Below, one piece after another: positions 38,176 through 52,666 of a stretch of DNA of 64,000 bases. The notes below the pieces were generated by a model, which saw nothing but the letters and a program-made list of their open reading frames with translations, made no database searches and had not been told where the DNA came from. This DNA is from Octopus sinensis (lineage: Eukaryota). The stretch is from positions 58,156,001 through 58,220,000 of the forward strand of contig NC_043000.1 of assembly GCF_006345805.1 (NCBI RefSeq), written 5' to 3'. Every line of letters starts with the position of its first letter. Position 1 is the first letter of the stretch. The translations under genes and the position numbers were made by a program.

Positions 38176-38480
38176 TAGATAGATAGATAGATATAAAGAC
38201 AGACAGAAAGATAGACAGTAAAAATAGAGATTCAAAGAATCAAACAGAGCTCACATTATATATTTATGGGTATATTTTATATATGTGTTAATGGTTATGT
38301 AATATATAACTAACATGATTACGAAACAACTGTAAACTAATGGAGCAAACATTCTCTCACTTCATATTTCTTATTTATTCACATTATATCTATCTATCTA
38401 TCTATCTATATATATATATATATATATATAATAAAAACTTACTTGGAGAAATAAGAAAGTGACGCGAGGCGTTCAATCAT

Positions 38481-38808
38481 ATAACAATTTAACAAATAAA
38501 ACATATGCATACATACATATATGTACATACCTACATCTATATGTATATATACATGCATATATATATATATAAATATGAGTACAGGGCACCACAAATAAAC
38601 GTAGAACAAAACGAGAAATGGAAACATAAAAACAAACAAGGAAACGGACTTTTTCTAACAACGAAAAAACAGAGTACAAGACAAACAATACAAGGAATAT
38701 TCCCCTTCATCAGCTGCCACTGGTTCAACTCAATACGTGTTTATACATATAGATGTAGGTATGTACATATATGTATGTATGCATATGTTTTATTTGTTAA
38801 ATTGTTAT
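38481..38808. repeat. Perfect 67-bp inverted repeat enclosing a pLTR-like segment
   Basis: Arms 38481-38547 and 38742-38808 are exact reverse complements. Confidence 0.95.
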
Positions 38809-38815
38809 TATATAT

Positions 38816-38866
<51 letters not shown>

Positions 38867-39256
38867 TAGCCACTTTAACATGGCTGTCCGATTGAGATGA
38901 CTCTCCTGCGAGCTCTAGGAAGTATGATTGCTACTACAACCTAACGTCAGTGGAGCAACCACGAGGAGGGGTCGATCGAGCAAGCTCGGTGCTCTCCAAT
39001 GCTTGGCTGCTCCCTTGTGCAGGTCACGTTTGAGGCAAACCCCTTTCAAACACAGCAGGAGCCACTTCAGTGGATCCAGGACAAAATGCTGCGCATCGAG
39101 GCCTATACTTTTGGCAACAGCCACTGCCCCCAGAGCTGAGGCCATCCACCCATGCAGGCCTGTAAAAGGCGGACCGCAACCCCAGGGTGCCGGTGTATTA
39201 AGGTGAGTGGTGCCACCTGTCTTAGAGAGACTTTATAACTAACATTTTTTGCTTGT

Positions 39257-39310
<54 letters not shown>

Positions 39311-39321
39311 CACACACACTT

Positions 39322-41315
<1,994 letters not shown>

Positions 41316-41329
41316 TATATATACATATA

Positions 41330-41486
41330 TATCATCATCATCATCATCATCATCATCATTATCATCTTCATCATTATCTAATTTCCATTTTCCATGTGCT
41401 GACATGGGTTTGAACAGTTTGAATGCTCAGACTTCCTGTCTGTTTTGGCATGGTTTCTACAACTTGATACCCTTCCTAATACCATA

Positions 41487-41490
<4 letters not shown>
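41330..41490 (-). mobile_element. Old RTE 3' tail fragment
   Basis: (CAT)n followed by ttttccatgtgctgacatggg. Confidence 0.55.
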
Positions 41491-41517
<27 letters not shown>

Positions 41518-41519
41518 AT

Positions 41520-43228
41520 TAATAAAAAAATGAAAACAGCAAGAAAATAAACAACAATATGAGGACGTAGCACGTGCTAAGTATTAATAAGACGCTCAGG
41601 GAAGGAAAATAGTGGTTGTTTTACGTTTCGAGCATAGCTCTTCTTCGGAAACAGGAAACATAGGAAACTCCAAAGGAAAAGGAAGAAGAAGGAAAGAAAA
41701 TCGCCAACAGTTCACATGTAGTTACATTTTGGAATGACCAGAAGTAGAAGAACAAAGGGAAAGTGCTTTCTGGGACAAGAGATTGTGAAGAATAGTTGGT
41801 ATCTGTGTGTATGTGTGTGTGTGTGTGTGTGTGTACGTGTGTCTGCATGCATGCGTGTGTATTTTGGTGGCATGTGTGTGGGTGTGTGCATGTGTGTGTA
41901 TGTGTGGTGGCATGTGTGTATATGGTAGCGTTTATGTGTGTGGCAGTAACTGAGTGTGTGTGTGCGCGTAGTATTACTTGTTTATGTTTGTGAGAGTAGT
42001 CTGTGTGTGTGTTAATGTCATAATGAGAGCTCAGCAGCTATAGTAACAAGTGTGTGTACGGGTGTGTGTAGCAGTGTGTGTGTGTATGTGTGTTTTACCA
42101 TGTGTGCATAGATGGAACAGTCAAAGTGGGTCGGGGCAGTCTGAAGGGTGTGTGAATGGGTGGATGCACGTTCGTGTGTGTATAAAGTTTGTTACAAAGA
42201 TTACACCTGATGAAGTAAATAAGGCCGGAAGAAGTGCATGTGAAGGAGTCCCTAATGTTGAGGATGTGCTGGTTGGGTCCTGTGAAGGAAGTGGTGTTAG
42301 TGATGAAGGGACAGGTATGGTAATGAGACTGGAGCAAGGGAAGGATCGGGTAGAGTTGGAATGGAGAGGTGAAGATCACGTAGGTTACAAGCATGTTTGA
42401 AGGAGGGCAAGGGTGGTTGGGGAAAATAGGGAGGGTGACGGGGTTTAGCTGGAGGCGACAGAAGGCCCGCAGAATCCTTTGACAAAGGGGTAGGGTGGAG
42501 GGGGATCAGTATGGGGAAGGAAAGAGAGCAGTAGTGTGATCAATTTGATGAGTGCGGATAAGGGTGGATGGGTATCTGCGACGCATGAACAAATGGGCTG
42601 GGTATTAGGACTGGGTCTCAAATTCCTGGTCCTGGCTGCACAGCTGTCCGAGGCAAAGGCGGAGGAACTGGGAATAGGGATGGGAGGAGGAAAAGTTGAG
42701 GTAGAGGTGGGAGTCCATGGGTTTGAAGAAGGTGGAGGTGGTGAGAGATATATCCAAGAAATTTACAAAAGTCTCAGAGTTGGTAGAGGTAAATTTGAGA
42801 GAAGGGTGGAAGTTAGAAATAAAAGAGATGAAATTGGAGAGCTGTTTGTGAGAGAGGGAAGTGGTGCCTATATAGTTGTCTATATAGCAACCATAAAGCT
42901 CTGGGGTTGGTCTGGAGAATTGTGAGAAGATTTGGGCCTCAACATAGCCAACAAATAAATTGGCAAAACTGGGGCCCATTCTCATTCCCATAGTGACACT
43001 AGATCTGCTGGTAAATCTCTCCTGCAAACATAAAGCAGTTGAGGGTGAGGGTAAGTTCTGCTAGGTGGAGAAGGGTGGCAGCGCTAAGTGGGGAGTTGGA
43101 GTGATGGTCGAGGAAGTATTGGAGGGCTAAGAAGCCATTGTTGTGGGGGATCACAGTATACAGGGATTTTATATCCAAGGTGAAAAGGAGGTGTGAAGGC
43201 CCAGGAGGGAAGGAGACGGAATTAAAGA
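41520..43228 (-). mobile_element. Penelope-like element (Neptune-like), 5'-truncated: RT, linker, start of GIY-YIG, pLTR
   Basis: FTLDIKSLYTVIPH, MGMRMGPSFANLFVG, YIDNY, FLDI, KPMDSH.YLNFSSSHP, HTCPFITNTTSFTGP...FTCTSSGLIYFIRCNLCNKLY. Confidence 0.92.
41617..41653 (-). ncRNA. Minimal type I hammerhead-like motif with CCGAAGA core
   Basis: tgttt CCGAAGA a gagc tat gctc GAAAC GTA aaaca; all stems pair, palindromic ACGT stem III. Confidence 0.7.
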
Positions 43229-43266
43229 GGTGAAGGGCTATATATATATATATATGTATACATACT

Positions 43267-43349
<83 letters not shown>

Positions 43350-44102
43350 CAAAGATAGATTTGGCCAGTCTATGAAGGATTTTGTGTATGTGCATGCACA
43401 TTTGTGTGCATGAATACACCTGTGTGCGTGCTAATGTCTCTTTTTACATGCTTATGTGTATGTCTGCTGTATGCATGTTATTTTTGTTTTGGTTTTGTTG
43501 TCCAGCAATAATGATAATGTTTATCTAACTAGTTGACAAAATAGGGGAAAATATTACTCCATTTTCAGGGTTCTATGGCTCAGAAATGCTAGAAACATAC
43601 TTTAGACAAAACAGCTTCTATGGGAGTGTACATTAATCATAACAGTGGGCTGATTAGCTTAAAATAATGAAACAGAAACAAACATACAGAATCTGAATTT
43701 TAGTTTTGGGCACGAGAGTGTGTGTGTGTGTGTGTGTGTGTGTCTCTGTGTGGTATGGTGTTGTCTGTGTGTGTATGTGTGTGTTTATGTCTGTATCTAT
43801 CTATGTTGGTATATAAGCATATACCAGCTCATTATTAGGCAAGTGAAGTTGTGTAGAGGAAAAGCAATAAGAGAAGTTGAAACATCTCAATAATGTAAAC
43901 AAGTTTGTGGTATCAGTGTGAGAGCGTAAATAAAAGCAGCATTTGACCACTTTAAAACAGAATAGGCTTATAAGAAACACAATGTTTATTAAGGAAGTAT
44001 GAATCACATACAGTGGGGATGATAATAATTATAAACATACAACCTTGTGAATACACACACACACACAACACACAACACACAACACACACAACACACAACA
44101 CA

Positions 44103-44860
44103 CAAGGGTGTGCTAAAAGTAATGCAAAAGTGAACATAACTTTTTTTAATTGACATAGGTCATTCAATTTGCACACATGTTGGTGTTGGTAGGGTAACCC
44201 TTCCTCTGAAGTAAGTCTTCTTCCTGTTCTCTTTCATGAGAGTTAAATGAGTGTCAAGTAATGTGCCATCATTAAATTCTTAATGAAAGAGGAATGACCT
44301 CCACAGAAGGATACAGGTTGTTTATGGAGATGCCAAGACCGATGTGTGTAGATAGATGAAGTTTAAAGAAGGGAAAAAAAGCAGCATTGAAGCCAAGCCA
44401 TGAAGTAGGAGTGCATCAATTGTGATTGCAGATACGTATCACCAACAAGTGAACAAATCATTTGCACAGACAGATGAGTCTGTCTATGCAAATAAACTTG
44501 CTGTACAACTTGACTGTGTTCACAAATCATTATTGAAGATAATGGAAGACTTTGGGTATCAGAAAGTGTGTGCAGAAACGTTAGCACTCCGGGCGAAATG
44601 CTTAGCAGTATTTCGTCTCCAGTTACGTTCTGAGATCAAATTCCGCCGAGGTCGACTTTGCCTTTCATCCTTTTGGGGTCGATAAATTAAGTACCAGTTA
44701 TGCACTGGGATCGATGTAATCGACTTAATCCCTTTGTCTGTCCTTGTTTGTCTCCTCTATGTTTAGCCCCTTGTGGGCAATAAAGAAATAAGAAAGTGTG
44801 TGCAAAGTGGATAACTTGGAGTTGACACCTGATTTGAAAGAAAGGTGGAAGTCTGCTCCA
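44103..44860 (+). mobile_element. mariner remnant, 5' half
   Basis: CAIIKFL, QVVYGDA, KFKEGK, GYQKVCA|SINE|KW. Confidence 0.75.
44575..44790 (+). mobile_element. Deu/Nin-like SINE, young
   Basis: Perfect 14-bp TSD agaaagtgtgtgca (44561-44574 / 44791-44804); CpG-rich. Confidence 0.92.
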
Positions 44861-44904
44861 CACACACACACACACACTGATACGTATATATTAATATCTT
44901 TTAT

Positions 44905-45330
44905 CTTTTACTTGTGTCAGTCACTAGACTGTGGCCATGCTGGAGCATTGCATTGAAGAATTTTTAGTCAAATGAATTGATCTCAGCACTTATTTTATTC
45001 TGTTTGCTTGTTTTTGCCAAACTGCTATGTTACAGGGATGTAAACACACCAATCAATTATCAAGCAGTGATGGGGTACAAACATGGACACAAAGACACAC
45101 AGACAAAAAGACACAGATACACATATATCACACAAACACACACACACATGATTACACAAGCACACATACACATATTATATATACAATGGGCTTCTTTTCA
45201 GTTTCCATCTACCAGAACTCTTGACAAAGCTTTAGTTGGCCTGAGGTTATTGTAGAAGATACTTTCACAAAGTGCCACATAGAACCATGAACCCAGAACC
45301 ATGTGGTTGGAAACAAGCTTCTTACCACAA
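44905..45330 (-). mobile_element. SINE family A
   Basis: Head-core-tail match. Confidence 0.8.
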
Positions 45331-45620
45331 ACGTTCACACACACACACACACATATATATGTAGATGAACACACACACACATTTATAGTATTTCTGCAAC
45401 TTTTATATCCATATAACATAGCTCCAAGTGTGCAGAAAAGCGTGTCCTGTGATAAGATGGTTGAATATATACTGCATGAATTATAGTAGAGAAACATGAA
45501 CAAGATCACCATACTGTGTTGTAAGAAGTTTGCTCCCAAACCACGTGGTTCTGAGTTTAGTCCCAATGTGTGACGCCTTGGGCAAGTGTTTTCTTGGGTA
45601 ACCACGTGAGCATATAATAT

Positions 45621-45965
45621 ATAGTTGGAATTTATAGAAAAAAAGACGAAGACAGGTGCATGAACAACAAGCAGGTGTATTAGTTTAATGCTCAGGAAAA
45701 CAGAAAGGAATAAGAGAAAATCAACACAAAGAGAATGATAAAAACCAGTAGATTTAGCGGTCAAGCATGGTGACTCATGCTTGACCATTTAATCTACACA
45801 TTTTTTAATTCTCTTTCTGTTTATTTTTTCTTATTCCTTTCTGTTGAAGAGAATAGGCTCAAAATGTAAAAGACTTTTTTCATTTTCCTGAGCGTCACGC
45901 TAATACACCTGCTTGTTGTTCATGCACCTGTCTTCATCTTTTGTTTTTCTATAAATTTCATCTAT
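45621..45965. repeat. Fold-back of two inverted pLTR fragments
   Basis: Arms match each other and 63165-63350; central hairpin ggtcaagcatg-gtgact-catgcttgacc. Confidence 0.85.
45837..45872 (+). ncRNA. Degenerate hammerhead-like motif (CUGUUGA core)
   Basis: cttt CTGTTGA a gaga atag gctc aaaat gta aaag; G12A and a stem II mismatch. Confidence 0.4.
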
Positions 45966-46008
45966 ATCTATATCTATATATATATTTCAGCAATATGTTT
46001 CAGCTATA

Positions 46009-46737
46009 TCTTTATATATATAAAACTGAGAATATGTGTGTGTGTGTCTGTCTGTCTGTGTTTCCCTAAAACTTGAGAACTACACAACCAATTTCATTCA
46101 AATTTTACACATGCCTTACTTAGGGTCCGGGGAGTGTCATCGGCAAAAAAGTTCAACTTCTTGCCTAGAGCGAGCCCATAGCAATATCATATCTTCTCCA
46201 CTATTTCAGTATTACGTGTTAAAAGTGAAACAAAAATATTTCTCTATTTTATGTCAGATGCTTTCACTTTAACAATAAAAATAATAATAACAATTGAATT
46301 ATATGTAGTAAGTAATAATTAAAATCAAACTAAAGTATAGCATAATCGTAACATAACAAAAGTAAAAATAGCAGTTGGTATAAAATTGCATCAATGATTT
46401 GAACTTGAATAAGTGGTTTCACATGAATGGGAATAAATTAAAAATAAAATTAGCGTGCAGAAATGAAATAGTCCAGATGGATAATAAAAAATTAAATTAA
46501 AGAAAAGACTATTGTCTATAAAGTATACAATGTAGAGAAAAAAGAAGAGCTAACAATTCCAGTCTGTTATATATTTTGAGTATTGTTATCACTAGGGATA
46601 CCAAGATATAACTTTGTATTTTGCATTTTATGTGTAGATGTATATATATAGATGTACATGTAATATGTACACATATATATACACATATATACATGCACTA
46701 GCACCATGACCCGGCAACGACGGGTTTTTAATGCTAG
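46009..46737 (+). mobile_element. Non-autonomous Helitron-type element
   Basis: A^TC start at 46009; 3' hairpin acccg-gcaacga-cgggt then CTAG^T. Whether both ends belong to one insertion is inferred. Confidence 0.6.
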
Positions 46738-46745
46738 TATATATA

Positions 46746-46781
<36 letters not shown>

Positions 46782-46864
46782 TGTATAAATATTCAAATTA
46801 AAAAATACACACACACACACCTATATATATATATATATATATACATACATATATATATATATAT

Positions 46865-46896
<32 letters not shown>

Positions 46897-47136
46897 ATAT
46901 AATATATATATACACACACATATATACATCATCATCATCATCATTATTATTTAATGTCTGCTTCCATTGTTTACACAGCAATCATCTATCAGTTTCCATG
47001 AACCCTATCCACTCGCAAGGCTTTGGTTAGCCTAGGACTATACAAGATATTTGTCCAAGGTATCACACAGTAGGACTGAACCTGGAATCATGTGGTATGG
47101 AAGCTAACGTCTTACCGCTCATCCATGCCTTTTTAA

Positions 47137-47256
47137 CTGTAGAACTCAAAGTAGATAAAGCTATAAATAAATATTGGGTTCACCTTTGACTTTTTTAATC
47201 TGAAAGAGTTTTTAGCATGCTATTTTTTATAACTTTATCTACTTAGAGTTCTATAG
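47137..47256. mobile_element. 120-bp MITE-like fold-back
   Basis: 31-bp TIRs ctgtagaactcaaagtagataaagctataaa / tttataactttatctacttagagttctatag. Confidence 0.7.
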
Positions 47257-47351
47257 TAAGAAACAAAATATTTCATGGTCTCTCTGAGTTTCTAAATTCT
47301 TACACACACACACACACATGCATGTGTGTATGTATATATGCATATATATAT

Positions 47352-47540
47352 ATCATCATCATCATCATCGTTTAGCGTCCGTTTTCCATGCTAGCATGGG
47401 TTGGACGGTTCTACTGGGGTCTGTGAAGCCAGAAGGCTTCATCAGGCCCAGTCAAATCTGGCAGTGTTTCTACGGCTGGATGCCCTTCCTAATGCCAACC
47501 ACTCCGTGAGTGTAGTGGGTGCTTTTTACGTGCCACCCGC
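47352..47540 (-). mobile_element. RTE 3'UTR fragment, young
   Basis: Nearly identical to 47915-48100 and 62880-63065. Confidence 0.85.
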
Positions 47541-47574
<34 letters not shown>

Positions 47575-47650
47575 ATATATACATATTATATATATATATA
47601 ATATATATATATACATATATAATATATATATATACATATATATATATATA

Positions 47651-47706
<56 letters not shown>

Positions 47707-47914
47707 CATATATATATATATATAGCTAGCTAGATAGATAGATAGATATATACATATATATACAAATCATTTTATAATTATATACATAATTATAACAAGG
47801 ATACAGCTTAATGCATCACTACGCGTTGCCAGAATTAGACGTTAAAGTCTTTTTTACTACCTTAAAATCTCCAAGAATAACACACTTATTGTGGGCAAGT
47901 ATATATATGTGTGT

Positions 47915-48555
47915 GTATCATCATCATCATCATTTAGCGTCCGTTTTCCATGCTAGCATGGGTTGGACGGTTCAACTGGGGTCTGTGAAGCCAGAAGGCT
48001 GCATCAGGCCCAGTCTGATCTGGCAGTGTTTCTACGGCTGGATGTCCTTCCTAATGCCAACCACTCCGCGAGTGTAGTGGGTGCTTTTTACGTGCCACCC
48101 GCACAGGTGCCAGACAGTGCTGGCAAACGGCCACGAACGGATGGTGCTTTTTACGTGCCACTGGCACGGGGGCCAGGCAAGGCTGGCAACGGCCACGAAC
48201 GGATGGTGCTTTTATGTGCCACCGGCATGGAGGCCAGTTGGGGCGGCGCTGGCAACGGCCACAATCGGATGGTTCACTTACTTGTCACTGGCACTGGTAT
48301 CACAGCCGCAATTTCCATTGATGTTGATCGACTTCGATTTTGGTTCTGCTTTCTGATATCTGATTTGATTTTGATTTTGATTTTTTTTTTGATTTTTTGA
48401 TTTTCACTTGCCTCAACGGGTCTTCACAAGTGGAGTTTTGTGTCCCAAGAAGGAAAGTTATGTATAAGTCGACTGGCTACATACCAGGTAGAGGCCACAG
48501 GTTATGGCCTCACTAGTCTTGCCGGGTCTTCTCACGCACAGCATACTTCCATAGT
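47915..48555 (-). mobile_element. RTE LINE 3' end (ORF terminus + 3'UTR with ~60-bp tandem units)
   Basis: WKYAVREKTRQD* followed by the UTR and a (GAT)n tail. Confidence 0.85.
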
Positions 48556-48779
48556 GTGTGTGCGTATGTGTATGTATGTATATCTATATGTGTATATATA
48601 TGTATGTATGTATGTATGTATACACCTTGTTTTTGTATCTGATTTGTAAGATTTTTATGTGAACTTGTGTGTTGAAGCAAATTATATTGTGTCTGGAAAG
48701 AGTCATATTGTCTTAATGTCTTATTATCTAACACACTCACTGGTTGGATTTCCACTCATTTATTATTCATATTTTTTCT

Positions 48780-48817
48780 TCCAAAATTTTCGTTGCTTTT
48801 GCAACCTTGTCAATGGA
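48780..48817 (-). ncRNA. Minimal hammerhead-like motif with U3-A8 core
   Basis: tcca TTGACAA g gttgc aaaa gcaac GAA aatt T tgga; stems I and II pair perfectly. Confidence 0.55.
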
Positions 48818-48895
48818 TGTTGAGACAATATGACTCTCCCAAGACAATACATATATATATATATATATGTATTTATACACATATGTACATATATA

Positions 48896-50168
48896 TTAGG
48901 TTGGCAACTAAGTTCCCGCCATTTTTTAAAATTTAAATTTTGTAAAAGGTTTAATAGAAAATAACAACTAATTAATCAATAATGTATTCACCCTTGTTGT
49001 TTACAGCTTCTTCTCAATGTTCAATAAAATTTTCAATACCTTGTTAGTAGAAATCACTCGATTTCGACTCGAAAAATTGATCCAATCAAGCTCTCAATTC
49101 TGCATCAGAATTGAATGAAACTCTGCACATAGCATTTGAAAGAGATCGAAAGAGGTGGAAATCTGTTGGTGCCAAATCAGGAGAGTACGGTGGGTGTGGC
49201 AGCACTTCACAGCCATGTGCTTGAATGGCTTCCTTGGTCATATTGGCGATATGAGAGCAAGCGTTGTCGTGCAGCAGAAGAACTCCATGCTGACGATTAG
49301 GTCTTTTCTCTTGAATAGCTGTGTTGAGTCGTTCCATCTGTTGAACATAGAGTTGACCATTTGGTTCCATTCAAGCAATTCATAATGGATAATCCTTTCC
49401 GAGTCACACCATACACACAATAACATTTTACGCAGATGAAGATCTTGTTTCATGCGCAGTGTCACTTGTTTATTGGGACTAAGCTATTCCTTATGCTGCT
49501 TCATATTGATGTACAGGGACCATTTTTTGTTGCCAGTAATGATTCAGCTAAGAAATCGTTGCTTGTGTCCATGAGTTGAATGGCGACAAGCAAGCAAACC
49601 AGCAGAAATTGTGGCTCGTTGATTTTTGTTGTCATTTAAAGCATGCAGAACCCATGCTCCATACTGCTGAACCTTTCCCACCGAGTGAAGATGCTTCTCT
49701 ATAGCAGTGTGGGAGCATTCCCTTTTCTCTTCCAGTTCCCTTGTCGTTTGACAAGAATTTTCGTGCAAAAGTTGGTTTAATTGCTCTTCATCAAACTCAA
49801 CTGGACGACCAGAACAAGGTGCATCTTTGAAGTTGAAATTTCCATTTTTGAACTTGGCATTCCAATCACGAGCAGTTCTTTCAGCTATGGCACCCTCTCC
49901 ATACACAGCACAAATGTTATGAGCAGCTTTGCAGCCTTAGAACCTTAATTAAAAGCAAAAAGAAGGAGGCATCGAAAATGCTTGTTTTTCTTAACTTGAC
50001 ATTCCATTTTAATGACCTGAAAATAAACAAAAATTAACTAGAAAAGAAACAAGATAGATTCCAAAATTATTCAAAAATAGAATTCTCAAAAATAATAGAT
50101 TCCAAAATTTAAAAATACAATAAATTCCAAAATTCAAAAAAACGACAGGAACTTTGTTGCCAACCCAA
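48896..50168 (-). mobile_element. mariner DD34D transposon, full length, pseudogenised
   Basis: TIRs ttaggttggcaactaagttcc / ggaactttgttgccaacccaa, TA flanks; CDS 50007->48972; HDNACSH...HPPYSPDLAPTD has 34 residues between the two D. Confidence 0.95.
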
Positions 50169-50321
50169 TACATATATACATACATATATTATACATAAAT
50201 ATATGTACATACACATATATATATACATGCACACATATGTATGTATTTATATATATGTATATGCATGCACACACTCACAAACACATGTATACACAATCTC
50301 AGTGTGTGTGTGTGTGTGTGA

Positions 50322-50690
50322 AGCAAGACATCGCATTTATTTAGCCAGGAAACGAGGCTGAAAGGATGAGGTTTGCTAAAGTTATCTGCTGTTAGGATGG
50401 GAGACATGAATTATTCCAAAATGTAATAGGGGTGTGTTCATATGTTTCAGGATGTTATGTATATGGAACAACAGACAGACTTTGGCTTGGAGAAGGAGAA
50501 GTAGATTTGGCTGATAGGGGAGAAGGAAGAAGACTAACAGTATCATTTTGAAAAACTGTTGAATGAGGAATAAGAATGAAATAGAAAAATCTATTTCAAG
50601 ATAAACCATCTGCTAGCATTAGTTTCAACATGGTCAATAAGGTAATTAAAGATATGAAAATAGTGAAAGCTGCATGAGCAGAAATTATGA
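50322..50690 (+). mobile_element. RTE LINE inter-domain fragment
   Basis: HFEKLLNEE and MVNKVIKDMKIVKAA resemble the RTE region upstream of RT. Confidence 0.6.
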
Positions 50691-51253
50691 TCAAAGGCAT
50701 TCATGCTATGACCAGTCTATCTTATTCTCGGGAATAGGCTCACCTCAGATTACATTTTCTACTAGTGTTTTCCATGAAGATAGTAGGGTGTGGTATGAAA
50801 GACTTTGTTTTGACTGTCATATTTCTAGGGTGAGCAGTCCCATTGGCTCATTAGGTTATACATACATACACGTAAATACAAACATAGCTACATACATTCA
50901 TACATACATATGTATACGCATATATAATATATATATACACACATATATATATATTTATATATGTATGTATATATGATATATACATACATATATATACATA
51001 CATACATATACGTACATGCATACTTACTTACATACTTATATGTATATATATGTATACACACACACATGCAAACACATATATGGGAAAAATTTATCTATGT
51101 CAATAAACCACTATTGTTCCTGAAAGTTGTTTCTTATACCTTCTATGGACCTTTTGAAGGTTACTAACTTCCTACACATGGATCCTTGGATCTAACCTTT
51201 ATGGTGCTCCAGCATGGCCACAATCACATGGCTGAAATGAATAAAAGAATATA

Positions 51254-52420
51254 CAAGGTACAATGGGTAAATTGTCGCCATTTTATATTTTTAATTTCAC
51301 ACATGCGCATTGTTTGTTTTTGATTTTGTTGACAACACACTATGCAATTCACTTGACCAAAAATTTGGAAACGACATGCTCTACTGCTTGGCATTTGCAC
51401 CGGAAGTTCCAGTACCAACATTTCAAAGTGTTTGGGTGTCAATCTGAGGACATGTACTGAGAGTGATAAAAATCAAACATCCACTCAACATCATAGTGTT
51501 TGGAGTGATCACTAGTGATGGCCTCAGACTCAACACAGAGGCCCACATCAGGTGCTTGGAGGAGATAGCGCTGCCCTGGATCAAGAGGGTAGCTGCTGGA
51601 AAATCCTATGTCTGGCAACAGGACTCTGCACCATGCTGTACAAGCAAGAGAACCTAGTCATGGCTGTCAGACAATTTCTGAAACCACATCACCTCTAACA
51701 TCTAGCTACAAAATCCCCCAGACTGCAACCCCCTTGATTATTATGTGAGCAAGAGACCAACAAAACTCCTTGTAACACCAAAGGTGAACTCATGGTAAGG
51801 GTTATGGCAGCATTTACTAACTTAAACAAGGAGACTATCCAGAAGAGTCACATTTGAGAGCTGTTATACTCTCCTTAAATAAATCTGTAGATTACATTAA
51901 TCCCAAAAATACCTTCTGATCTAGCCCTAGGACGAAATAGTTCGACTGCCAGCCTATATCATCAAGGACAAGAAGAAAGACTGCACTATGAAACTTTTGA
52001 ACAAACTCAAGCATCACTCCAACTGAACATGCCTTGGTTTTTCTCAGATGAGAAAAATTTCTTCCGGGATCAGATGGTAAACACAGAACAACCATTGGCT
52101 AATTGACCTAATTGACTTGGAGGGATCGTTGTCAATCATGACCTGGATCTCACCAACAAATTCAGGTGTTCTTTTCTTATCAGAGTGAGTTTTTGAGCTG
52201 CTTTACCTTCGTAATCACCATTAGACTCATCCAGTTCATTCTGAATCCTCTGCACTGTGTTAACCCTCAGATTGACACCTAAACACTCTGAAATGTTTGT
52301 ATTGGAGCTTCCAGTATGAATGATAAGCAGTACAGAGCCCAACTAACCCTACTGTACTGTGTAGTCAACAAAATCGTAAACAAACAAATCACAGGCATGA
52401 AATAAAAAATGTAAAAAATA
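51254..52420. mobile_element. Rearranged maT (DD37D) transposon
   Basis: + strand WQQDSAPC...PPDCNPLD (37 spacing); + strand WFFSDEKNF placed downstream of it; - strand N-terminal HTH. Confidence 0.85.
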
Positions 52421-52431
52421 TACATATATAT

Positions 52432-52542
52432 AGACGTTACTAATGTGACAGATGGTGCTAAACGGTACCAGCATTGCTAGAAATAAGAGTCAAAATAATT
52501 CAACTGCCACAGAAGCACTATTCTGTCACATTAGTGACATCT
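52432..52542. mobile_element. 111-bp MITE-like fold-back
   Basis: agacgttactaatgtgacaga / tctgtcacattagtgacatct. Confidence 0.65.
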
Positions 52543-52596
52543 TTAAATTTGCCTTTAGGCTGTTAAATTGCTAATAAACCACCCATATTATTTATA

Positions 52597-52662
<66 letters not shown>

Positions 52663-52666
<4 letters not shown>

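Noticed and set aside
38690-38745. CTGATGA on the minus strand in a pLTR-like repeat
   Set aside because: No GAAA or closing stem II in a valid position
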